From Chloroflexota bacterium (lineage in GTDB: Bacteria; Chloroflexota; Limnocylindria; P2-11E): DNA of 64,000 nt. A program made the position numbers and the translations under genes. Numbering within the stretch: position 1 is the first letter of the stretch; every line of letters starts with the position of its first letter. Under the pieces are notes generated by a model. The model did not search any database, was not told the origin of the DNA, and saw only the letters and a list, made by a program, of their open reading frames with translations. The stretch is taken from assembly GCA_005880575.1 (NCBI GenBank), contig VBIZ01000104.1:3735-67734 (forward strand), given 5' to 3'. Below, piece after piece: positions 50,455 to 59,656 of this stretch.

Positions 50455-51047
50455 GCATCGACGGTCGCGGCCTGCTCGTGATCATTTCGGCGCCATCCGG
50501 CGGCGGTAAGGACACCGTGATCCACGGACTGGTCAAGGAGCTCGACGACGCCGTCGTGTACGTCACCGCCACGAGCCGCAAGCCGCGCCGCGGCGAGCAG
50601 CACGGCGTCGACTACTACTTCTACGAGCCGGAGAAGTTCCGCGCGGAGATCGAGGCCGGGAACTTTCTCGAGTGGTCGATGGTCCACGGCGACTTCAAAG
50701 GAGTCCGCAAGGACGCGCTCGCGGACACGCTCCGCGACCACCGGATCGTGATCGTCAAGCCCGAGCCGCAAGGAATGCGGAAGATCAAGGCGATGCTGCC
50801 CGAGGCGCTTACCGTGTTCATCATGCCGCCCTCGCTGGACTCTCTCCGCAAACGGCTCGTCGATCGGGGCACGGAGACGGACGATCAGCGCGAGCTGCGG
50901 ATGCGCAACGCCGAGATCGAAATGGCCGCGGCGCCGGAGTACGACTACGTGGTGGTCAACGAGGATGGCAAGATCGACAAGACCGTGAAGGAGATCGCCG
51001 CAATCATCCGAAAGGAGATGACGAAACCGCGACACTACGACCTGTGA
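50451..51047 (+). CDS. gmk: Guanylate kinase
   Basis: SAPSGGGKDT, TSRKPR.GE..G.DY, FLEW; probable CTG start in a CTGA overlap. Confidence 0.92.
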   Translation: MSIDGRGLLVIISAPSGGGKDTVIHGLVKELDDAVVYVTATSRKPRRGEQHGVDYYFYEPEKFRAEIEAGNFLEWSMVHGDFKGVRKDALADTLRDHRIVIVKPEPQGMRKIKAMLPEALTVFIMPPSLDSLRKRLVDRGTETDDQRELRMRNAEIEMAAAPEYDYVVVNEDGKIDKTVKEIAAIIRKEMTKPRHYDL

Positions 51048-53239
51048 ACACGGCGGAGGTGGCCGTCTTCGCGGGCTTGCGCGGACCGGCGCGCACCTTC
51101 AGCTACCTCGTCCCCGACGGCCTCGAGCTCCTCCCCGGTCACCTCGTTCGCGTGGGCCTCGGGCAGCGTGCCGTTCCCGGCGTCGTCATCACGCTCGACG
51201 GCGCGGCGGCGGGCCGGGAGCTGAAAACGGTCGACGCGCTCGTGCATCCGCTCCCGCTCCTTCGACCGCACCAGCTCGCGCTTGGGGCGTGGATCGCGGA
51301 GCGCTATCGGTGCGGGCTGGCCGACGCGGTACGCGCGATGGTGCCGCCCGCGCTCGCCGCCCGCGCGCGGTCGGGAGGCCTCGGGACGGCGCGTGGCGAG
51401 CGGACCGAAGCGATCTTCGCGCTCGAGACGCCCGGCCGGGACGCCCTCGCGGGATCGGTGCGGGTGGGAGCGCGGCAGCTCGCGACGCTTCGGGCCCTCG
51501 CCTCGGGCGCCGTGACCTCACGCGATCTCGCGGATGCCGGCGGCTCCGTCGCGGCCGCGCGAGCGCTGGCGCGCCGAGGCCTCGTGCTCGCAGGTTCGCG
51601 CGCGGTCCGGCGCGTCCCGGCCGAATTCGCTCTCGCCGACGACGACCGCGCCCGAGACCTCCCGGCGACCGGGCCGCAGGCCGTCGCGATCGGAGCGATC
51701 ACCGGAGCGCTGGGGTCGGGACGCGGCTTCCTGCTTCACGGCGTGACCGCGAGCGGCAAGACGGAGGTGTACCTGCGCGCCGCCACCGCCACCCTCGCCC
51801 GCGGCGACGGCGTGATCGTGCTCGTGCCCGAGATCATCCTCACCGCGCAGGTCGTGGCGCGCTTCATCGCGCGCTTCGGTGATCGCGTCGCGCTCCTCCA
51901 CAGCGCTCTCTCGGCAGGCGAGCGTTTCGATGAGTGGCGGCGCGTCCTCGACGGGGTGGCCGACGTGGTCATCGGCTCGCGCTCCGCCCTCTTCGCGCCG
52001 CTCGAGCGCGTCGGCCTGATCGTGGTCGACGAGGAGCAGGAGCCTTCCTACAAGCAGGAAAGCGACCCGCGCTACCACGCGGTGGATACGGCGCTCGAGC
52101 TCGGCCGCATCACCGGAGCCGCGGTCGTGCTCGGCAGCGCGACGCCGCGAGTGGTCACGTATGAGGCCGCGCGCAAGGGAGAGCTCGCGTCGCTCGTTCT
52201 GCCGGAGCGCGTCGGCGAGCTGGCGCTGCCGCCCACCACGGTCGTGGATCTGCGCCTCGAGCTTCGCGCAGGTAACCGCGGGACGCTCTCGCAGGCGCTC
52301 CGCGAGGCGCTCCAGCGCGCGGTCGCCGCCGGGGATCAGGCGATCCTCTATTTGAATCGCCGCGGCTTCGCGACGGTCGTGCTGTGCCGCGACTGCGGCT
52401 ACGTCGCGAAGTGTCCGGACTGCGAGATCCCATACGCGTTTCACGCGGACGGCGCGCTCGTGTGCCATCGGTGCGGTCGGCGCGAGCGCAACGCGCCGCA
52501 GCGGTGTCCCGCGTGCGGGAGCGCGCGGATAAAGCAGCTCGGCGTCGGCACGCAGCGGGTCGAAGAAGAGGTGCGCGCGACGGTCCCGCGCGCGAAGGTC
52601 ATTCGCCTCGACCGCGACGCGATCCGCGCGAAGGGCGCACACGCCGCGGCCTACGAGCGGATGCGCTCAGGTGACGCGCAGGTGATCGTCGGCACGCAAA
52701 TGCTCGCGAAAGGCTTCGACCTTCCGCGCGTGACACTCGTGGGCGTCGTCAACGCGGACACGATCCTGAATCTCCCCGACTTCACGGCGTCCGAACGCAC
52801 CTTTCAATTGCTCACGCAGGTCCTCGGCCGCTCTGGACGCGGGGAGGCGGGCGGGCGGGGGATCGTGCAGACCTATCTGCCCGAGCACTACGCGATCCGC
52901 GCCGCGGCCGCCCACGACTACGTCGCGTTCGCCGAGGCGGAGCTCGAGGGACGTCGCCGTTTCGGCTACCCGCCGTTCGGACGGCTGGCGCTCCTATCCA
53001 CGCAGGCGAAAAAGCTCGAGACGGTCGAGCGCCGGACGCGCGAGCTTGCGGCGCGTCTGCGCGAGGCCGCCGGAGACGACGCCGAGGTGCTCGGGCCGGC
53101 GCCGGCGTTCGCGGCGAAGCGCGCCGGAAGCTATCGCGCGCAGATCGTTCTCCGCGGAGAGCCGGAGCGCGTGCTGGACCGTGTGACGCTGAGCGACGAG
53201 TGGACGGTCGACGTGGACCCGGTGACACTTCTCGGATGA
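51044..53239 (+). CDS. priA: Primosomal protein N'
   Basis: GVTASGKTEVY, DEE, LNRRGF, four CxxC pairs, GTQMLAKGFD, DVDP C-terminus. Confidence 0.95.
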   Translation: MNTAEVAVFAGLRGPARTFSYLVPDGLELLPGHLVRVGLGQRAVPGVVITLDGAAAGRELKTVDALVHPLPLLRPHQLALGAWIAERYRCGLADAVRAMVPPALAARARSGGLGTARGERTEAIFALETPGRDALAGSVRVGARQLATLRALASGAVTSRDLADAGGSVAAARALARRGLVLAGSRAVRRVPAEFALADDDRARDLPATGPQAVAIGAITGALGSGRGFLLHGVTASGKTEVYLRAATATLARGDGVIVLVPEIILTAQVVARFIARFGDRVALLHSALSAGERFDEWRRVLDGVADVVIGSRSALFAPLERVGLIVVDEEQEPSYKQESDPRYHAVDTALELGRITGAAVVLGSATPRVVTYEAARKGELASLVLPERVGELALPPTTVVDLRLELRAGNRGTLSQALREALQRAVAAGDQAILYLNRRGFATVVLCRDCGYVAKCPDCEIPYAFHADGALVCHRCGRRERNAPQRCPACGSARIKQLGVGTQRVEEEVRATVPRAKVIRLDRDAIRAKGAHAAAYERMRSGDAQVIVGTQMLAKGFDLPRVTLVGVVNADTILNLPDFTASERTFQLLTQVLGRSGRGEAGGRGIVQTYLPEHYAIRAAAAHDYVAFAEAELEGRRRFGYPPFGRLALLSTQAKKLETVERRTRELAARLREAAGDDAEVLGPAPAFAAKRAGSYRAQIVLRGEPERVLDRVTLSDEWTVDVDPVTLLG

Positions 53240-53859
53240 CCGAGGAGACCACCGAGCCAGAGAAGGGTCCGCCCCCGCCGCCGCGGCTCCGCGTCGCCAA
53301 GGGCACGCCGTGGCGTATCGACGCGGGCCGTCGCGCGAAGTGGTCCACACCCGAGTTCCTTTCAGCGAACGCGGTGGATATCCGGCAGATCGGCGATCCC
53401 GTGCTGCACGCGCCCTCGAAAAAGCCGCGCCTCGGCCGGCCTGAGCTCGAGGCGCTCGTCGCGCGCATGTTTGCCTCGATGGTCGTCGCGCATGGCATCG
53501 GCATCGCCGCGCCGCAGATCGGCGTGCCGCTTCGCGTCGCGATCATGGACGTCGACGAGGCGGGCATCGTTGCGCTCGAGCCGACGATCGAGTGGACCAG
53601 TGAAGAGAAGGACGAGACGAGCGAAGGCTGCCTCTCGGTCCGGGGCCTCTATGGGATGCTCGAGCGCCCGATGGCGGTGCGCCTCGTCGCGAACGATCTC
53701 GCCGGAAAGCGCTTCACGGCAGTGGGCGACGAGTTCGGTGCCCAGTGCATTCTCCACGAGACCGATCATCTGAACGGCATCCTGTACGTCGATCGGCTCC
53801 GATCCCGTGAGGACCTCCACACGGTCGAGCCCGAAGAGGAGGAACGGGTTTCCGCCTAG
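53236..53859 (+). CDS. def: Peptide deformylase with N-terminal extension
   Basis: GIGIAAPQIG, EGCLS, HETDHLNG. Confidence 0.93.
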   Translation: MTEETTEPEKGPPPPPRLRVAKGTPWRIDAGRRAKWSTPEFLSANAVDIRQIGDPVLHAPSKKPRLGRPELEALVARMFASMVVAHGIGIAAPQIGVPLRVAIMDVDEAGIVALEPTIEWTSEEKDETSEGCLSVRGLYGMLERPMAVRLVANDLAGKRFTAVGDEFGAQCILHETDHLNGILYVDRLRSREDLHTVEPEEEERVSA

Positions 53860-54794
53860 CACAGCGCGCTCTGTTCCTGGGCACGCCTGCGTTCGCCGTT
53901 CCCTCGCTGGAGGCGCTCGCCCGTCTCGCTGAGGACGGGGTCATCCAGGTCGTGGGAGTGGTGACGCAGCCCGACCGTCCCGCCTCGCGCGGCGTGGTGC
54001 GCGAGCCCGCGGTGAAGGATGCTGCGCGCGCGCTGGGATTCGCGGTGCGGCAGCCGGCGCGTCTCGACGAGAAGGAAATCGCGGCGCTTCTCGCGCTCCG
54101 TCCCGAGCTCCTCGTGTGGTCGGCGTACGGGAACAAGATCCCGAAATCGCTGCTCGGCGCGGTGAGCGGGCGCGCGCTCAACGTCCATGCGTCGCTTCTT
54201 CCCAGGTGGCGCGGCGCCGCGCCGATCGCGCACGCCATCCTCGCGGGGGACAAAGAGACCGGCGTCACGCTGATGGAGGGAACCGCCGAGCTCGACGCCG
54301 GGCCGATCCTCGCGGAGACCCGGACGAAGATCGGCGACGAGACCAAAGGCGAGCTCGAGGAGCGTCTCGCCAAGCTAGGCGGCGAGCTGCTCGAGCGCGA
54401 GGTGGCCCGCTACCTCGCGGGAAAGCTGGTGCGGCGGCCGCAGGACGTCAAACGGGTAACTCTTGCGCCGAAGCTCGACCCAGCCGCGGGGGAGCTCGAC
54501 TTCGCCCGGCCGGCGGAGGAGCTCGTGCGCAGAGTGCGCGCCTACACGCCGGACCCGGGCGCGTTCGTAACACTCCGCAGTCAGCGGATCGGCGTGCTCC
54601 GCGCGTCGATCGCCGGCTTACCAGGGACGGCGCACGGAACGTTCGAAATCCGTGCTGGAGCGCCGCAGGTCGCGGCGGGCGCCGGATGGCTGCGGCTCGA
54701 TGAGGTCAAGCCCGCGGGCAAGCGAGCGATGAGCGGAGCCGACTGGGCGCGCGGTCTACGCGACGTACGGCCCGACGAGCGCGTTCCATCATGA
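53856..54794 (+). CDS. fmt: Methionyl-tRNA formyltransferase; start codon uncertain
   Basis: FLGTPAFAVPSL lies upstream of the ORF-track start; VVTQPDRP, NVHASLLPRWRGAAP, LDAG. Confidence 0.92.
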   Translation, partial: LAQRALFLGTPAFAVPSLEALARLAEDGVIQVVGVVTQPDRPASRGVVREPAVKDAARALGFAVRQPARLDEKEIAALLALRPELLVWSAYGNKIPKSLLGAVSGRALNVHASLLPRWRGAAPIAHAILAGDKETGVTLMEGTAELDAGPILAETRTKIGDETKGELEERLAKLGGELLEREVARYLAGKLVRRPQDVKRVTLAPKLDPAAGELDFARPAEELVRRVRAYTPDPGAFVTLRSQRIGVLRASIAGLPGTAHGTFEIRAGAPQVAAGAGWLRLDEVKPAGKRAMSGADWARGLRDVRPDERVPS

Positions 54795-54798
54795 GGCG

Positions 54799-55908
54799 AT
54801 GAACAGGTCAAGGCTCGAAGGCGCCGGAGCGACAGTGGCACGCGAACAGCCGGCGGTCAGCGAGCTCACGCGAGAGCAGCTCGTCGTGTGGCTCGACAAA
54901 CGCGGCGAGCCGCCGTACCGCGCGAAACAGATCCGGCGTCACGCGACGCACGGCACCGAGAACGGCTTCGACGAGCTGACCGATCTGCCGAAATCCCTTC
55001 GCGACGGGCTCGCGCAGTCGTTTCGGTGGTCGTCCGTCAAGGCGGTTCGCGAAGAGGCGAGCGCGGATCGTGAAACGCGCAAGGCGCTCCTCGAGCTCCG
55101 CGACGGGCACCACATCGAGAGCGTGCTCATGCCCCATCACGGCGCGCGCAACGCGGTCTGCGTTTCGACGCAGGCCGGCTGCCCCATGGCCTGCGCGTTC
55201 TGCGCGACCGGCGAAATGGGTCTGGTCCGGAATCTCACGGCGGGCGAGATCGTCGACCAGATCCGGCACTGGCAGCGCGAGCTCGCGCCGAGCGGCGAGC
55301 GTGTCTCTCACGTCGTCTATATGGGGATGGGCGAGCCGTTCAACAACTACGACGCCACGCTCGCGTCGGTGCGCTCGCTGATCGATCCCGAGGAGTTCGG
55401 GATCAGTCCGCGGCGTCTGACGATCTCGACGTGCGGGGTTGTGCCGGGGATCGACGCGCTCGGCGGCGAAGGCCTGCCCATCAACCTCGCGGTCTCGCTT
55501 CACGCTCCGGATGATCCGACGCGCGCGCGGATCATGCCGATCAACAGGAAGTGGGGCGTCGAGGACGTCCTCGCCGCCGCCGCGCGCTACGTGAAGCGGA
55601 CGAAGCGGCGGGTCACGTTCGAGTACGTCTTGCTCGCCGGCGTGAACGATTCCGTGGAAACGGCGCGATCCCTCGCCGCGGCGATCACGCGCCACGGGCC
55701 GACCAAGGACGCGCACGTGAACCTCATTCCGTACAACCCGGGCGCAGGCGGCTTCAAGCGACCGTCCGTCGAACGGATGGAGGCCTTCACGAAGGTGCTC
55801 CAGGAGAAGGGCATCGCCGCGACACTCCGGATCAGCAAGGGCCAGGACATCGCCGCGGGCTGCGGTCAGCTGAAGGTCGCGGAAGGAAAAGCAGCCGGCT
55901 CGGGGTGA
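54799..55908 (+). CDS. rlmN: Dual-specificity 23S rRNA/tRNA m2A methyltransferase
   Basis: CPMACAFC, MGMGEP, SLH, EYVLL, NLIPYN, GCGQL. Confidence 0.95.
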   Translation: MNRSRLEGAGATVAREQPAVSELTREQLVVWLDKRGEPPYRAKQIRRHATHGTENGFDELTDLPKSLRDGLAQSFRWSSVKAVREEASADRETRKALLELRDGHHIESVLMPHHGARNAVCVSTQAGCPMACAFCATGEMGLVRNLTAGEIVDQIRHWQRELAPSGERVSHVVYMGMGEPFNNYDATLASVRSLIDPEEFGISPRRLTISTCGVVPGIDALGGEGLPINLAVSLHAPDDPTRARIMPINRKWGVEDVLAAAARYVKRTKRRVTFEYVLLAGVNDSVETARSLAAAITRHGPTKDAHVNLIPYNPGAGGFKRPSVERMEAFTKVLQEKGIAATLRISKGQDIAAGCGQLKVAEGKAAGSG

Positions 55909-55918
55909 GAGCGCCGAG

Positions 55919-57205
55919 TCATGGGATGGCGCCTGTTCGACTGCCATCGATGGGGTTGGCGGTCACGTAGTCCGAGGCCGCGCGCACGCCCGGGATCGGC
56001 GAGAAGACGAGCAGGAGGATGGAGAGCGCCATGCCCGCCCATCCGATCGCGATCGCGCCGCGCGCACCGATCTGCTCCGCGACGAACGCGGCCACGAGAG
56101 CACCGAGCGGATAGGCGAGACCGTGAGCGACCACGTCGAGCGTCGCGTTCACGCGACCGAGGACGCGGTCGGGGATGACGCCCTGGATCAGCGAACGCTC
56201 CGCCACGCCCTCGATCGTTTGCAGGCCATCGCCGATGAGCTGTGGGAGGAAGACCATGAGGGTAGCCAGCGCGACCGGCCCCTGGGCCAGCGGCGTGAGC
56301 ACGCCGAGCATCGAAGCAGCGATGGCCGTGCCAACGAGCGCGCGGCCGATGCCCACCCGGTTGACGACGCGAGATGCGAACAGGGATCCGACGAGGGACC
56401 CGACGCCTCCGGCCGAGATGACGATGCCCAGCAGGAATGGATCGAGGTGCAGCTCGCGGAGCAGGTAGATCGAATAGAGCACGCCATAGAACGCGCCGAA
56501 GACATGGGCGGGCACCGAGCGCGCGGCCAGCGGAAAAATGATCGCGTGACGGCGCACGATGCGGAGTCCTTCGCCGATCTCGTGCACGATCCGCGTCGTC
56601 GTTTCGCGCGGAGGTCGGGGTGGCTCCGGGGCGCGGATCAATAGGAGGCTCACCGCCGATACGACGAACGACACGGCGTCGACAAGGATCGCGAACGGAG
56701 CGCTCACGATTTGCACGAGCGCACCCGCGAAACCGGGACCGCCGATCTCCGCGATCGACGAGCTCGTCGCGAGCCTGCTGTTGCCTTCGACGAGACGATC
56801 GCGGCCGATCAGCGTCGGGACGTATGCGGGGTATGCGGCGTCGAAGAGTGCACCAAGGCACGCTTCGATGAACATGACGACGTAGAGCTGTTCGATCCGC
56901 AAAGCGCCGAGCGCGTACGCCCCTGGGATGGAAAGCAGCAACAGGGCGCGGATGAGATCGTCCCAGATGAGCAGCGGACGTCGCCGCAGCCGGTCGACCC
57001 ACGCACCCGCGATCAGACCGACCAGCAGAACGCCGAGACTCGTCACGATGACGAGCACCGCGAGCTCCCATGGGCCCGCGCCCAGGACCAGGAGGGCGAC
57101 GAGCGGTACGGCGGTCCTGGTGACGACCGAACCCAGCTCGGATACGGTCTGGCCGATCCAGAGCTTGCGGAAATCTTCGTGCTGCCAGAGGGATCGCGTT
57201 TGCAC
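55919..57205 (-). CDS. MFS transporter
   Basis: FRKLWIGQTVS, G.WVDRLRRR motif A, about 12 TM segments; GTG start 57205. Confidence 0.9.
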   Translation of the reverse strand: MQTRSLWQHEDFRKLWIGQTVSELGSVVTRTAVPLVALLVLGAGPWELAVLVIVTSLGVLLVGLIAGAWVDRLRRRPLLIWDDLIRALLLLSIPGAYALGALRIEQLYVVMFIEACLGALFDAAYPAYVPTLIGRDRLVEGNSRLATSSSIAEIGGPGFAGALVQIVSAPFAILVDAVSFVVSAVSLLLIRAPEPPRPPRETTTRIVHEIGEGLRIVRRHAIIFPLAARSVPAHVFGAFYGVLYSIYLLRELHLDPFLLGIVISAGGVGSLVGSLFASRVVNRVGIGRALVGTAIAASMLGVLTPLAQGPVALATLMVFLPQLIGDGLQTIEGVAERSLIQGVIPDRVLGRVNATLDVVAHGLAYPLGALVAAFVAEQIGARGAIAIGWAGMALSILLLVFSPIPGVRAASDYVTANPIDGSRTGAIP

Positions 57206-57240
57206 GACGGTGGGAGAGTACCGTCGCGCCGAGGCTCGTT

Positions 57241-57447
57241 CTAGCGGCGAGCCCGCTCCTTCTTCTTCGCCATGCGCGCGTCCTTCGTCTGCGTGCGACG
57301 GCAGCGCGTGCACACGAGGAGCTTGACGCCGTTGATGACGGCGGGGTGCAGGTTCGCGTCGAAACGACGGTGCGTGTGCACCTTCGAGTGGCTGACGTTG
57401 TATCCGTAGGCGGCGGTCTTGCCGCAGATCGCGCAGGCGCGTGGCAT
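57241..57447 (-). CDS. rpmB: 50S ribosomal protein L28
   Basis: CAICGK...G.NVSHS...T.RRF.ANL...VCTRC. Confidence 0.95.
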   Translation of the reverse strand: MPRACAICGKTAAYGYNVSHSKVHTHRRFDANLHPAVINGVKLLVCTRCRRTQTKDARMAKKKERARR

Positions 57448-57471
57448 CGCAGGAGGTCTCCTTCAGGGGAA

Positions 57472-59109
57472 GTGAACCCAAATGTTACAGTCGCGACCAT
57501 CGTTAGGCAATTCGATGGCGCTGCGCTGCTGCGCGCGCTTGAGGCCGCGACGGCGCGTCTTGAGGCGGGTGCGGACGAAGTAAACGCGCTCAACGTCTAC
57601 CCGGTGCCGGACGGCGACACCGGCACGAACATGCTGCACACCATGCGCGCCGCGGTGAAGCACGCGCGCGACGCCGAGCCGACGATCGACAAGGTGAGCG
57701 CCGCCGCAGCGTACGGCGCGCTCATGGGCGCGCGCGGGAACAGCGGCGTGATCCTCTCGCAGGTCATCCGCGGTCTGAAGGAAGCATTCGCAGGCAAAGA
57801 GATCGCCGGAGTGGCGGACGTTCGGCGGGCGGCCGAGCTGGCGCGGAAATATGCCCACGAGGCCGTGAGCGCGCCGGCGCCTGGAACGATCTTGAACCTC
57901 ACGGCGTCCTTCGAGAAGTCGGCCGCGGCTCCAGCCGACGACGTCGTCGAGATGTTCCATCGCATCGCGACCGACGCCCAGGCCACCGTGAAGCGCACGC
58001 GCGACGAGAACCCCACGAATCGCGCCGCCGGCGTCGTCGACGCGGGCGCGCGCGGACTGCAGCTCATCCTCGAAGGCGTGCTGTCGAGCTTCACCGGCAA
58101 GGAGATCCCGCTCGATCGCATGGCGCCGGCCGAGCGCCCCGCGGCCTCAGCGGCGACCGTGTCGGAGGCGCCGTCGTGGGAGGGCGCGTACGACGTCCAG
58201 TTCCTCGTTCAAAATCCGTCGCGCGCTGTCGCCGCGGTGCGCGAGGAGATGCTCAAGTTCGGCGCCGACTGCGTTCTCGTCGTCGGTGACGAACAGCTCC
58301 TCAAGGTCCACGTGCACACGCTCCAGCCAGACCAGATCGTCCGCATCGGGCTCACGGCGGGGCGCATCGCCGACGTGGTCGTGGAGGACCTCGACGCCAT
58401 GACGGCGGAGCACGAGCGGGCGACGGGGATCGTCGTCGAATCCGCGCCGCGTGCGCCGACGGCGGCGGTGGGAGTCGTCGCGGTCGTTCCGGGCGAAGGC
58501 TTCGCGAAGGTCGCGCGGTCGCTCGGCGCCTCGGTGCTCCGCGGCGGTCCGACGATGAACCCGTCGACCGAAGAGCTCCTCGCCGCGATTACCGCGGCGA
58601 ATGCGAAGACCGTGGTTGTGCTGCCGAACGACAAGAACGTGATCCTCGCCGCCCAGCAGGCCGCGAAGGTCTCGAGCGCGACCGTCTACGTCGTGCCGAC
58701 CCGGAACGTCGCGCAAGGGATGGCCGCGCTCGTGGCGTTCGACCCCGCGAAGCAACCTGCCGAGGTCGTGAAGGTCATGGCCGAGGTCGCGGACCGCGCG
58801 CACGGCATCGAGGTGACGCGCGCGGTGCGCGACGCGACGATCGACGGCGAGCGGGTCCGCAAGGGTGAGGCCATGGCGCTCCTCGACGGCCGCGTCGTCG
58901 CGCACGGAGAGGACGAGGTGACGGCGCTCTGCGACGCCGCGAGGCGGCTCACGAGATCGGAGATCTTCACCCTCTACAGCGGCGAGGACGTGGACGAGGC
59001 TCGCCTGCAGCACGCCGCGCAGCGCCTACGCGCCGCCTGTCCCCAGGTTTCGGTGGAGGTGGCCCACGGCGGCCAGCCGCATTATCCCTTCATCGTCGCA
59101 GCGGAGTAG
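57472..59109 (+). CDS. DAK2 domain protein (fatty acid kinase FakA/YloV-like); start approximate
   Basis: LNVYPVPDGDTGTNM, GARGNSGVILSQ, VHVHT, MNPST, GGQPHY. Confidence 0.92.
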   Translation: MNPNVTVATIVRQFDGAALLRALEAATARLEAGADEVNALNVYPVPDGDTGTNMLHTMRAAVKHARDAEPTIDKVSAAAAYGALMGARGNSGVILSQVIRGLKEAFAGKEIAGVADVRRAAELARKYAHEAVSAPAPGTILNLTASFEKSAAAPADDVVEMFHRIATDAQATVKRTRDENPTNRAAGVVDAGARGLQLILEGVLSSFTGKEIPLDRMAPAERPAASAATVSEAPSWEGAYDVQFLVQNPSRAVAAVREEMLKFGADCVLVVGDEQLLKVHVHTLQPDQIVRIGLTAGRIADVVVEDLDAMTAEHERATGIVVESAPRAPTAAVGVVAVVPGEGFAKVARSLGASVLRGGPTMNPSTEELLAAITAANAKTVVVLPNDKNVILAAQQAAKVSSATVYVVPTRNVAQGMAALVAFDPAKQPAEVVKVMAEVADRAHGIEVTRAVRDATIDGERVRKGEAMALLDGRVVAHGEDEVTALCDAARRLTRSEIFTLYSGEDVDEARLQHAAQRLRAACPQVSVEVAHGGQPHYPFIVAAE

Positions 59110-59137
59110 TCCTCAGGCCCATCGGGTCCCTGACGAC

Positions 59138-59278
59138 CGGGGCGGGTCCTGTCTCGGCTCCGGGATCGCTCGCTCCGCGCACCCTCCCCGCCATTGCAGC
59201 GCGCTCTGCGCGCTGCCGGCGGGTCCCCGGGGCACCCGCGCGTCGCGAGCGACTCCCTGCGCCGTGCCACCCGCCCCG
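59138..59278. repeat. Structured intergenic element, copy 2
   Basis: Closing stem CGGGGCGGGT/ACCCGCCCCG; shares four sequence blocks with 34223..34381. Confidence 0.65.
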
Positions 59279-59312
59279 CCAGTTGTCGGGCTCTTGTAGG
59301 ACCATCGAATCC

Positions 59313-59341
59313 TTGCATATTTAGCGAATTAGCTAAATACT
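59313..59341 (+). promoter_or_regulatory. Promoter with ArsR/SdpR-type operator
   Basis: Perfect inverted repeat TATTTAGC-N6-GCTAAATA (59318-59339) overlapping a TTGCAT -35-like box. Confidence 0.75.
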
Positions 59342-59347
59342 TCGCGC

Positions 59348-59656
59348 GTGGGAAACGCCGCTCGAGTCTTCCGGGCGCTCGCCGACCCGACGAGGCGCCA
59401 GATGCTCGAGGAGCTCAAAGGCGGTGAGCTCGCCGCGGGCGAGATCGGCGCACGCTTCGCGATATCCGCTCCGTCGATCTCGCGGCACCTCGCCATCCTC
59501 AAGGCGGCCGAGCTCGTCACCGAGCGGCGGGACGGGAATCGCATCCTCTACCGGCTCGAGCCGGCGACGCTAATCGGGAGCCTCAACGCCTATCTCAGCG
59601 CCGTCTGCCCGACACAGGTCCGGCAACGCCGACGCATCGCGGCGAGGCGTTCATGA
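59348..59656 (+). CDS. ArsR/SmtB family regulator (SdpR-like)
   Basis: VFRALADPTRR.ML, SISRHL.ILK.A.LV, R.G..I.Y.L. Confidence 0.9.
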   Translation: MGNAARVFRALADPTRRQMLEELKGGELAAGEIGARFAISAPSISRHLAILKAAELVTERRDGNRILYRLEPATLIGSLNAYLSAVCPTQVRQRRRIAARRS

